A stretch of 64,000 nucleotides of DNA from a bacterium (GTDB lineage Bacteria > Vulcanimicrobiota > JAZDOK01), in contig JAZDOK010000016.1 of NCBI GenBank assembly GCA_043798715.1, positions 1,036 to 65,035 of the forward strand, read 5' to 3'. This document shows positions 26,039 through 34,224 of this stretch, piece by piece. Both the position numbers and the translations under genes were made by a program. The notes under the pieces were generated by a model. It worked only from the letters and a program-made list of their open reading frames with translations. It was not told the DNA's origin and made no database searches. How positions within the stretch are numbered: position 1 is the stretch's first letter; the number at the start of each line of letters is the position of its first letter.

Positions 26039-27103
26039 TCAGGGGATTTCCTCGGTGGAAAAGTCACATATAAGATCCTGCAGGGTGAGCATGTTGCCCT
26101 GCAGGATCTTTTTCAGTTCCGGGAGGCGTTCACTGACTGTCTCAAAGAGGATCCTGGTCATATCACAGTAGAATCTGAATTTTTCCGGCGGGTATCTGAC
26201 AGCGGTCATCAGGCACCTTCCTCCGCATAAGCTCAGTATATCGCACTTCAGGCAGAAGTCCACAAAGTTTCCGGCTGTAATCGGATTCTGCCGCACTTCT
26301 CCTTCAATCGAGCCGATCGTATCCTTCGGTTCGAGGAGTTCCACGCAAGTGTAACACACTCCGTCCAGGTCAATGATGACCTGAAAGGAAGCGGCTCCGC
26401 AGCGATAGGAGCGAAACAGTTTCCGGCCCAGGAGGGAGAGGGCCGCTTCATGGAGGGGAATAATGGGGAGGATTTTTCCCTCTTTGAGATGGTCCATCCA
26501 GAGAGCCGCCAGTCTTTTGAGTTCGGAGCGATATTTTTCTTTGACCGTTTCAGTCAGGATGTTCTCCGGGGAATTTTCGAGCTGCCAGTAGACATAATCG
26601 AAACGGTTCAGGCTGAGCAGGTGGACGACGGAGTCATAGAGGTTATTTTCCGGGCAGAGGGTCATTCGGGCCAGCATTTTTCCCCTGAAAGGCGGTTTTA
26701 TTTTCGGAATGTTGGCCATGAGGGCGTCATAGACGCCTGGTCCCCGCCCACGATCCGTCATATTTCGATCCCCGTCTATGGAGAGCGAGAGGTAGTTTAG
26801 ATTGCCGAGAATAAAAGGATCTAATCTGTCCAGGAGAATGCCGTTGGTCTGGATCGTGTACCGGAGGTTGCTGCCCAGGGTCATCTCCATGAATTTTTTT
26901 ATCCATTCCCGGTTCAGGAGGGGCTCCCCGCCGAAGAAGACGACTTCGCTGCCCCCGTTTCCGCGGTTTTTTAAAATAAAATCGGCTGTCCTGTCAACAT
27001 CGGGCTCTTTCCCTTCCTGGGAGAGGTCATTGATGAATGATTTCGCGGAACAATAACGGCAGTCGATGTTGCAATTTTTTGTAAGGTAGATTAGAAATTC
27101 CAT
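26039..27103 (-). CDS. radical SAM / SPASM-domain enzyme (paralog of 35648-36802)
   Basis: CNIDCRYC is a CxxxCxxC motif. GGEPLL and SIDG are present, and the C-terminal Cys cluster is C..C(5)C(3)C-like (CLKCDILSLCGGRC). Confidence 0.85.
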   Translation of the reverse strand: MEFLIYLTKNCNIDCRYCSAKSFINDLSQEGKEPDVDRTADFILKNRGNGGSEVVFFGGEPLLNREWIKKFMEMTLGSNLRYTIQTNGILLDRLDPFILGNLNYLSLSIDGDRNMTDRGRGPGVYDALMANIPKIKPPFRGKMLARMTLCPENNLYDSVVHLLSLNRFDYVYWQLENSPENILTETVKEKYRSELKRLAALWMDHLKEGKILPIIPLHEAALSLLGRKLFRSYRCGAASFQVIIDLDGVCYTCVELLEPKDTIGSIEGEVRQNPITAGNFVDFCLKCDILSLCGGRCLMTAVRYPPEKFRFYCDMTRILFETVSERLPELKKILQGNMLTLQDLICDFSTEEIP

Positions 27104-27218
27104 TTTATTTTCTCAGCTATAAGCCTTTTTTCTCTGCGTCCTCTGTGTCTCGGCGGTGATCTTGCAAAAATGACTGGAGAAATTATAGCACAAGGCGGGA
27201 TTCCGAAGCAAGGAAGAC

Positions 27219-28643
27219 TTACTCAGTCTTAAGGGAGAGGTCGAAGGTGGAGGCAGTGAAGTCGAGGTTTTCTCCCCGGTATTCTTTTTCCGGCAGGTGA
27301 AAGGCGTAGCCGAAGCTTCGTTCGCTGTGTTTGGGCGGATCGAGCGGAAGATTTATGGAATCATGGATGCAGATGTGGTGGCGATCAAAGAAGCCGAAAT
27401 AAAATTTCCGGATCTCCGGCTTGTCTTTTTCTTCGTAACCGGAGGAGACCATCTGGCATCGGGCTTCCTCCACGTCTACCGGGACCCAGCCGTATGGTGC
27501 AAGGTAGATCTGCGTCCAGAGATGATTCAGTCTGAAACCTTCCCCCATCTGCCAGCCGCCGCTTACCTTGGCGGGGATGCCGATGGCTCTTGAGAGGGTA
27601 GCGAAGAAAATGGCCTGGCCCCCGCAGTCTCCTTTGCGGGTCTTAAGGACGTAGGCGCTTTCATCCTCGATGAGCTGGTGGGGGATAAGGTTGAATTCGA
27701 TGTTCTCCGTCATCCATTCGTAGAGGAGCCAGGCCTGGAGGTAGGGATTGGTCTCCCGGCCCACGATGGAGCGGGCGAGTTCCATCACTTCATCAGAGAC
27801 GGTGATGTGTTTTTCGGAACCCAGGTAGCGCGCAAAACGAGCGTCGGGCGCGTCTAACGGTTCGATTCTTTCGGATTTCAGGTTGTAATATGCGTCGGAG
27901 GAGGTAAAGGAAAAGGTGTACTCAATTCCCCGGGCCGCCTCATCGCTTTCTACTTCAAAGTAGATGATGCCGATTTCGCTTTCCGGCGGGGTCAGGTGAC
28001 GGTGAGGGGGAGTTGAAGAGATGAGCTTGACATCCCGCTGGGTCTCCCTTTCGAGAGGAAATGGGGCCCAGATCTTTAATTTATTTTCCGGAGAAAGGGA
28101 GAGTTTTCTCGTAAGTTTTATGCGAGCCGTGACCGTTATTTTCATTGGATCCAGAAAATATCTGCATTCGGAATCCAGCTCCGGAATTTTGTCCCTGGCG
28201 GCCTCGATGTGCCGGCGGACGGTGCGGTCGAAGGTGTAGTCTTTCTGCTCCCATCCCCGGTAGCGGCTCATAAGGTTCGGGCAGTTAAAGGCCAGGTTGA
28301 AAACCGCGTGTTCATAATAGCGCCTGGAGCCGTCAATTTCAAGGCTGTCCAGGTAGCCCTCCTCGTCCCACTTCTCGAATTCCTCCGGGCGGAAGTCCTC
28401 GATGTGCTTGGTCAGGTTCCACAGGAGGAGGTCCCGGTCGTAGGGGTATTCCTTACGCAGGCGGTTGATTCTGGCCAGGGCGGCGCGGCACTCCGCCTGG
28501 CCGGCTTCATCCCGGGCCTCCCGGTAAAGTCTAAGCGCCTCCGAAAGATAAAACTGCGCTTTCCGCAGTTCTCCTTTTTCGAGGTGCCTCAGTGCTGTTT
28601 CATGCTCTTCGCAGTGTGCCGGTTTTTTATCCAATTCCTTCAT
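27219..28643 (-). CDS. transglutaminase-like domain protein
   Basis: ..RKGDCGGQAIFFATLSRAIGIPAKVSGGW.. is a transglutaminase-core Cys motif, with downstream H (NHLW) and D (VPVD). Confidence 0.8.
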   Translation of the reverse strand: MKELDKKPAHCEEHETALRHLEKGELRKAQFYLSEALRLYREARDEAGQAECRAALARINRLRKEYPYDRDLLLWNLTKHIEDFRPEEFEKWDEEGYLDSLEIDGSRRYYEHAVFNLAFNCPNLMSRYRGWEQKDYTFDRTVRRHIEAARDKIPELDSECRYFLDPMKITVTARIKLTRKLSLSPENKLKIWAPFPLERETQRDVKLISSTPPHRHLTPPESEIGIIYFEVESDEAARGIEYTFSFTSSDAYYNLKSERIEPLDAPDARFARYLGSEKHITVSDEVMELARSIVGRETNPYLQAWLLYEWMTENIEFNLIPHQLIEDESAYVLKTRKGDCGGQAIFFATLSRAIGIPAKVSGGWQMGEGFRLNHLWTQIYLAPYGWVPVDVEEARCQMVSSGYEEKDKPEIRKFYFGFFDRHHICIHDSINLPLDPPKHSERSFGYAFHLPEKEYRGENLDFTASTFDLSLKTE

Positions 28644-28653
28644 AATTATCGCG

Positions 28654-29433
28654 CTATTCTCCCCTGAATACGGGGGGGCGCTTTTCTCGGAAAGCCTGAA
28701 TGCCCTCGGCGTAGTCCCGGCTGTCGTAAACCACCTGGCGCAGACCCTGGATGCGTTCGAAGGTGAGGGGGCTCAAGGGGTGGGCGGAGGCCAGGAGGCG
28801 GAACTGCTCTTTGATGGCGGAGATACTGAGCGGGCTGTTCAAGGCTATCTTCCGGGCCATCCCGAAGGTGAAGCTCTCCAGCTCTTCCACCGGCACCAAA
28901 TGGTTCAAGAGCCCTTTTTGCGCCGCTTCCTCCGCCGTCATGGGCTGGGCGGTAAAGAACATTTCTTTTGCCGTGTTGACCCCCAATACGTTCATGAAGT
29001 GCAGGATCCCGGAGGCATTGTAAGGGATGCCGATTTTGGCCGGGGTCATGGTGAAGGACGTCTTGGGGCAGCCGATGAGAATGTCGCAGCTTACGGCCAG
29101 GTCACAGGCCCCTCCCCAGACCCCCCCCTCTAGCATGGCGATGACCGGGACGGAAAGGTTCTGGATGGTCCGGATGACCTTGACGAGCGAATCGTAAAAA
29201 GAGAGGGGTTCTCTGCCCGGCATGGGAAGTTCGTTGATATCATGGCCCGCCGACCAGACCTTCGCCCCCGGGTGGGCCCGAAGGACGATCGTCCGGGCCT
29301 TTTCCCGGTGGAGGGCCTCCATGGCCTCGATCATCTCCTCGATCATCTGCCCGCTCAGGGCGTTTCGCTTCTCGTAGTTATTGAGGGTGATGGTTCCCAC
29401 GTACTCATCGATGGCGGATAAAACGAGCGGCAT
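28654..29433 (-). CDS. scpB: crotonase-fold protein, methylmalonyl-CoA decarboxylase (ScpB/YgfG)-like
   Basis: Collinear resemblance to E. coli YgfG from memory: KVWSAGHDINELP..G.EPLS, EG.VWGGA, F.MTPA..G.PYN, ERIQG.R..VYDS.DY.EG..AF.EKR.P.F. Confidence 0.75.
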   Translation of the reverse strand: MPLVLSAIDEYVGTITLNNYEKRNALSGQMIEEMIEAMEALHREKARTIVLRAHPGAKVWSAGHDINELPMPGREPLSFYDSLVKVIRTIQNLSVPVIAMLEGGVWGGACDLAVSCDILIGCPKTSFTMTPAKIGIPYNASGILHFMNVLGVNTAKEMFFTAQPMTAEEAAQKGLLNHLVPVEELESFTFGMARKIALNSPLSISAIKEQFRLLASAHPLSPLTFERIQGLRQVVYDSRDYAEGIQAFREKRPPVFRGE

Positions 29434-29550
29434 TTTTAGCTTCCCTTCTTCAGGATCAGGGTCGATTTTTCAGTCTGAGCTCATTATAGCATAGACAGGC
29501 AGAGGGTTCAATGAGGCGAGGGAGCAGGTTCGTAGCAACATTTTGCAGGT

Positions 29551-30672
29551 ATGAGCGGTCTCGAAAAGGAGGAAAGGAGTGTACTCTTCGGCGAATTTGA
29601 AATACCTGTGCGAAACTCTCTTCATCTCATAGAGCTCTCCTCGAATGTAGAGGTCAACCTGAATCAGCGCATGCAGGTTGGCTTGCGCCTGTCCCAATTT
29701 CTGGAAAAACCGGAAGGCGATTTTTGGGCGGCCGTCAGGGAAATTGAAGAAGACCCCCTTTTTTTCAAGATAGTCAGCCTCCTTATGGGGAAGAAGAAGG
29801 CGGTCAAGGTCATTCCCCGGAAGACATGCCATTTTATCAGGGAGGGAGAAGTTCCTTCCACGGCGGGCTTTGACGTTGAAAGTCTTCTGCAGGGCAAGGA
29901 AGACATCATTTCAAAAATCCGCCTTCTGGGGAGAGAAAAATTCGTCGCCTGTTTTCTGAGGGAAGATTATTTTACGATTCCCGAGATAGCTGAAATGACG
30001 GGACTCTCCATTGAGGAGGTTGCCGATTTCAGAAAAAAAGTTATCGATGTATCAGTTCTCTCGGATCTGGCGACCGGCCTTCAGGAACCGGTATGTTCCG
30101 GAGTGGAGCCGTCTTATGAAGTGGCCGCCGCCGTGAGGATAAGAGACGGGAATCCCGAGGTGGATTTTTGTCACGAAAGAAGGCGTTATGAAATCAACTA
30201 CGAATGCTTTTCACGACTTCTTTCCGGGAACCTCATCAACAACAGAGAGAGGAGTAAACTCGAGGTTCTTAGAAGAAAAATGGAGATGATCAACTTTCGG
30301 CTCAATCTGACCGCCCGGGTGGTGGAAGCGGTCGTTCTAGCTCAGAAATCCTTTGTCCTGAGCGGCAACGAGGAGGAGATCAGGCCGCTTGAAGAAAAGG
30401 AACTGGCCGGCGAACTCGGTATTCATCCCAGCTGGCTCTGCCGGGTCCTCAAAAATAAATGTGTCGCGACTCCTTCCGGTAACAAGCCGCTCGGCTCTTT
30501 TTTCATAACCAGAAGAGCCTTACGCAAGCGGTTGGGCCGCAGGCTCATCGCTGAGCTCCTGAAGGAGAAAGACTGCAGCGACAGGGAACTTGCGGCCATC
30601 CTCTTTGAAAAATATAAAATTAAAGCAGCCAGGAGAACGGTGAATTCCTGGAGATTGGAGCAGGGGGGCTAA
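29551..30672 (+). CDS. rpoN: compact, divergent RNA polymerase sigma-54 (RpoN)-family protein
   Basis: C-terminal HTH IRPLEEKELAGELGIHPSWLCRVLKNKCVATPSGNKPLGSFF and RpoN box AARRTVNSWR. An ELH-like P.YEVAAAV.IRDGNPEV...YEIN segment is present. The N-terminal LNQRMQVGLRLSQ...EEDPLF resembles region I but is shortened. The start is uncertain: 29551 or ATG 29671. Confidence 0.75.
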   Translation: MSGLEKEERSVLFGEFEIPVRNSLHLIELSSNVEVNLNQRMQVGLRLSQFLEKPEGDFWAAVREIEEDPLFFKIVSLLMGKKKAVKVIPRKTCHFIREGEVPSTAGFDVESLLQGKEDIISKIRLLGREKFVACFLREDYFTIPEIAEMTGLSIEEVADFRKKVIDVSVLSDLATGLQEPVCSGVEPSYEVAAAVRIRDGNPEVDFCHERRRYEINYECFSRLLSGNLINNRERSKLEVLRRKMEMINFRLNLTARVVEAVVLAQKSFVLSGNEEEIRPLEEKELAGELGIHPSWLCRVLKNKCVATPSGNKPLGSFFITRRALRKRLGRRLIAELLKEKDCSDRELAAILFEKYKIKAARRTVNSWRLEQGG

Positions 30673-30682
30673 GGAACTTTAA

Positions 30683-32290
30683 ATGGCTGACAATAAAAGA
30701 AAAAAAGAGAACCCTTCTCATTCTTCCGGGAACAAAAGGCAACCGGACTTCCGCCGGTTGTCGAGCAGCATCCTGCTCTATGCAAACAAAGGTATTCAGA
30801 GGCTTGACTTCCTGAGAGAGGCCTCAAGGATGCTCCTGGAATTTTCAGGTTGCAATGCCGTGGAATTATGGCTTAAAGAGAGGGGAAAATGTTTCCGCTG
30901 TGTCGTTCAAAAGGAACGTGAAGAGCCATGTATTCTTGAAACCAGACCGCTGTCTTCTTTGAAGTTGCAACCCGTTTCAGTGAGTGCGTCGCTGAAATCA
31001 AATCAAAGGGAATTCGCAAGTGACTTTCAGTCGGCAGCCGTCTTTCCTCTGCGGATGGGAGAGGAGCAGATTGGACTTCTCCGTTTATGGGCCCGGGATA
31101 AGGACTTTTTTTTGCCCGAATACAGAGAATCTTATGAGTCGGTGGCTTTGACTCTGACGGGGGCCCTGGCTCACCGCCGGGCTCAGGTAGCTCTTCGTGA
31201 GAGGGTTAAGGAGCTGATGTGCCTTTATGGCCTGGCACATATTATTGCTCAGCCGGAGCAAAAAACCGAGGAGATGATGCAATCTATCGTGGAGCTTCTT
31301 CCCCCGGCCTGGCTTTATCCTGAAATAGCTTCTGCCAGAATAACAGTTGACGGGTTGGTTTATGAGACTCCTGTATTTAAGGAGGGCTCTTCTGCTCAAA
31401 TTTCGGAAATAGTGGCGAAGAGGGTCCGGCGAGGGTCAGTTGAAGTTCACTATTCCGCGGAGATGCCAAACCATGATGAAGGGCCTTTTTTGAAAGAAGA
31501 GAGGAATTTGATAGATGCCGTTGCCCGGGAGTTGGCGCTTTTTATCGAGCGCCGGGAAGCGGAGGAAGAAAAATCCAGGGTTCAGGAGCAGCTCAGGCAT
31601 GCGGATCGCCTGGCGACTATCGGCCAACTGGCGGCTGGCGTGGCGCATGAACTCAATGAGCCCCTGGGCAGTATCCTGGGTTTTGCTCAATTGGCCATGA
31701 AATCACCGGTTCTTCCCCCCCTCGTAGTGGAGGATCTGGAAAAGATCGTTTCGGCCTCGCTTCATGCCAGGGAGATCGTAAAGAAACTTCTGCTCGTCGC
31801 CAGGCAAATGCCTCCAAAGAAAACCGCGGTCAACCTGAGCCGGATAGTGGAGGAAGGCCTTTATTTCCTTGAGTCCCGCTGTGACAAACTGGGCATCAAA
31901 GTGGTGTGTTCCCTGGATCCGGATCTCCCGGAGATCATTGCCGACCCGACACAGCTTCATCAGGTTCTGGTTAATCTCGTCGTCAACGCGATTCAAGCGA
32001 TGCCGGATGGCGGCCAACTCACGATAAGCACGAAGTTTCTGAACGACCAGGTCGCGCTCACCGTCGAGGATTCGGGCGTTGGAATGGAAGAGAAAGTTCT
32101 CAGGCAGATATTTCTTCCGTTTTTTACCACCAAGGATGTGAATGAAGGCACCGGCCTCGGCCTGCCGGTTGTCCATGGGATCGTAACTTCTCACGGCGGC
32201 ACAATCAACGTGGAAAGCCGGGTGGGCCTCTTCACCCGCTTTGAGATCATTCTGCCGGTGGGCGATTCCGAAATAAAGGAGGGGGACTGA
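30683..32290 (+). CDS. GAF-domain sensor histidine kinase
   Basis: H-box AGVAHELNEPLGSILGF; HATPase N/G boxes LVNLVVNAIQA, DSGVGM, GTGLGL. The N-terminal region is GAF-like. Confidence 0.88.
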   Translation: MADNKRKKENPSHSSGNKRQPDFRRLSSSILLYANKGIQRLDFLREASRMLLEFSGCNAVELWLKERGKCFRCVVQKEREEPCILETRPLSSLKLQPVSVSASLKSNQREFASDFQSAAVFPLRMGEEQIGLLRLWARDKDFFLPEYRESYESVALTLTGALAHRRAQVALRERVKELMCLYGLAHIIAQPEQKTEEMMQSIVELLPPAWLYPEIASARITVDGLVYETPVFKEGSSAQISEIVAKRVRRGSVEVHYSAEMPNHDEGPFLKEERNLIDAVARELALFIERREAEEEKSRVQEQLRHADRLATIGQLAAGVAHELNEPLGSILGFAQLAMKSPVLPPLVVEDLEKIVSASLHAREIVKKLLLVARQMPPKKTAVNLSRIVEEGLYFLESRCDKLGIKVVCSLDPDLPEIIADPTQLHQVLVNLVVNAIQAMPDGGQLTISTKFLNDQVALTVEDSGVGMEEKVLRQIFLPFFTTKDVNEGTGLGLPVVHGIVTSHGGTINVESRVGLFTRFEIILPVGDSEIKEGD

Positions 32291-32293
32291 TAA

Positions 32294-33643
32294 ATGTCAT
32301 CATTGCCCGAGGAGGGAAAAATCCTGGTAGTTGACGATTCGCCGGGGACCCGCGAAGTCATCCAGCGAAATCTTTCTTCAAAAGGCTATCAGGTTTTTAC
32401 GGCTTCAGGCGTAGCGGAAGCTCTGGACGTTCTAAGTTCAACATCCGTTGAGCTGGTCATAACCGACCTTAAAATGCCGAAAATCGGCGGCATGGATCTG
32501 ATGCGGCACGTCAGGGAAAATTTAAAAGATACCGAGGTCATGATGATTACGGGCTACCCTTCCATTGAAGGGGCCGTCGAGGCCGTCAAGACAGGAGCGG
32601 AGGAATATCTCCCAAAACCATTCACCGATGAGGAACTCTTCTCCGCGGTCCGGCGGGTGCTTGAGAAACACCGGAGCCGGAGGACAGGATCTTCCCTTGG
32701 CAGCCCCGGACTTTCAGCGTCCTTTGGCATTGTCGGAGGCTCTGAAGCGATGAGGAAAGTCTATCGTGCAATAGAGAAAGCGGCGGCGACTTCAGCCACG
32801 GTCCTTGTCTCCGGCGAGAGCGGCACGGGAAAAGAACTGGTGGCCCGGGCCATCCATTACATGAGCCAGAGGGCTTCGGCCCCCTTTTTGCCGGTGAACT
32901 GCGGCGGAATCCCGGAAGGTTTGCTGGAGAGCGAACTGTTTGGCCACGTCAAGGGGGCCTTTACCGGCGCGAACGAATCTCGTGCCGGTTTTTTCCAGAC
33001 TGCCGACGGAGGGACGATATTTCTTGACGAAATCGGCAACACATCCCTCTCGACGCAGGCAAAACTACTGCGGGTGCTTCAGGATAAGGAAGTCTGCATG
33101 CTTGGAGCGACCCGCCCCCGACTGGTGGACGTCCGGATCCTGGCGGCTACAAATAGAGATCTCCTGGCGCTCGTGAAAAAGGAAATATTTCGCGAGGACT
33201 TGTTTTATCGCCTCAATGTTCTTTCCCTCTGCATTCCGCCTTTGCGCGAGCGGGGGGATGACATCCTGCTTCTGATACGGCACTTTTCGACCAAATTCGC
33301 CGCGGAACTTGGGAAGGTCGCACCCCGTTTCTCCGACAAGGCTCTGAGAGTCCTGAAAAACTACTACTGGCCGGGAAACGTAAGAGAACTGGAAAATGTC
33401 ATCCAGCGTCTGGTGGTGATGACCGATGGCGACTTAAATGATGTGCCGGACCTCCCTTCCAACATGAGATTCAATGCTCTCCGCAATGTGGGGCTCGATC
33501 GAACTTTGGCCCAGGTGGAAGCTGAATATATCAGAAACGTTCTGGAGAGCGTAAATGGCAACAAAAGCCAGGCTGCCGAGATACTCAGGATAGATCGAAA
33601 GACCCTGCGGCAGAAGCTGAAAGTAATCGAAGTGTTATCTTAA
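32294..33643 (+). CDS. sigma-54-dependent response regulator (NtrC family: REC + AAA+ + Fis HTH)
   Basis: REC domain (ILVVDD...DLKMP), Walker A GESGTGKE, GAFTGA loop, Walker B FLDEIG, and a C-terminal Fis-type HTH (NKSQAAEILRIDRKTL). Confidence 0.93.
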   Translation: MSSLPEEGKILVVDDSPGTREVIQRNLSSKGYQVFTASGVAEALDVLSSTSVELVITDLKMPKIGGMDLMRHVRENLKDTEVMMITGYPSIEGAVEAVKTGAEEYLPKPFTDEELFSAVRRVLEKHRSRRTGSSLGSPGLSASFGIVGGSEAMRKVYRAIEKAAATSATVLVSGESGTGKELVARAIHYMSQRASAPFLPVNCGGIPEGLLESELFGHVKGAFTGANESRAGFFQTADGGTIFLDEIGNTSLSTQAKLLRVLQDKEVCMLGATRPRLVDVRILAATNRDLLALVKKEIFREDLFYRLNVLSLCIPPLRERGDDILLLIRHFSTKFAAELGKVAPRFSDKALRVLKNYYWPGNVRELENVIQRLVVMTDGDLNDVPDLPSNMRFNALRNVGLDRTLAQVEAEYIRNVLESVNGNKSQAAEILRIDRKTLRQKLKVIEVLS

Positions 33644-33678
33644 GCCTTTCCGAAGGCTGACCCTGATGTTCCGAGGAA

Positions 33679-33716
33679 AGACCCGCCGGGGAGAAACGCC
33701 CCAGCGGGTCTTTTTT
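33679..33716 (+). terminator. rho-independent terminator after the response regulator gene
   Basis: AGACCCGC-CGGGGAGAAACGCCCCA-GCGGGTCT followed by TTTTTT. Confidence 0.6.
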
Positions 33717-33807
33717 ACCCGCAAGTGAAGATTTTTCCCGCAGCATCAAGCATCGAAATTATCCGGTGAAATCAGGTTTCCGGGTGATTTTTCCATGCAC
33801 CAAAAAT

Positions 33808-33823
33808 TGGCAACACGATTGCT
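33808..33823 (+). promoter_or_regulatory. sigma-54 (-24/-12) promoter
   Basis: TGGCAACACGATTGCT matches TGGCAC-N5-TTGCW with exact GG/GC spacing. It lies 47 nt upstream of the 33870 ATG and immediately downstream of an rpoN-like/HK/NtrC-type cluster. Confidence 0.75.
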
Positions 33824-33869
33824 CCATCCTTAAGCGGGAGAAGACAACAGGAAAGGAGCGAAGATATCC

Positions 33870-34214
33870 ATGAAAACCTTGTTAAAAGAAGAGCATTTGA
33901 AGGCGGAGCCGTCCCAGTCGGGAGGGAAGTCCGCCGGACTCTGTTCCGCTTGTATCAACGAGGCGGGCTGTACCTACGGCAACACGGAGGAGCGACAGGT
34001 GATTCAATGCGAACAGTTTGAGCTCTCAATGCCTTCCAGGCAAAAAATCACTGAAAACGAAATCTGGCGAGTAGTCAAAAGCATGGTCAAACCATCTGAG
34101 AGAGCCGAAACCGATACTCACGTCTGGGGCCTGTGCAAAAATTGCGGAGATTTTCCCAATTGCACTTATCCGAGATCTGAGGGCGGAGTCTGGCATTGTG
34201 AGGATTATAAATAG
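33870..34214 (+). CDS. small cysteine-rich protein with two tandem Cys4 modules (metal or Fe-S binding?)
   Basis: 114 aa with a GGAAAGGAG RBS. The two repeats are GLCSACINEAGCTY(10)VIQCEQFE and GLCKNCGDFPNCTY(8)VWHCEDYK. Confidence 0.7.
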   Translation: MKTLLKEEHLKAEPSQSGGKSAGLCSACINEAGCTYGNTEERQVIQCEQFELSMPSRQKITENEIWRVVKSMVKPSERAETDTHVWGLCKNCGDFPNCTYPRSEGGVWHCEDYK

Positions 34215-34224
34215 GAGGCGAGTA

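Noticed and set aside
29470-29832. 120-aa minus-strand ORF upstream of the crotonase gene
   Set aside because: It overlaps the N-terminal part of the RpoN-like ORF, whose plus-frame translation (LNQRMQVGLRLSQ..EEDPLF) resembles sigma-54 region I. This is not fully excluded: if the RpoN-like gene starts later, this ORF could be real.
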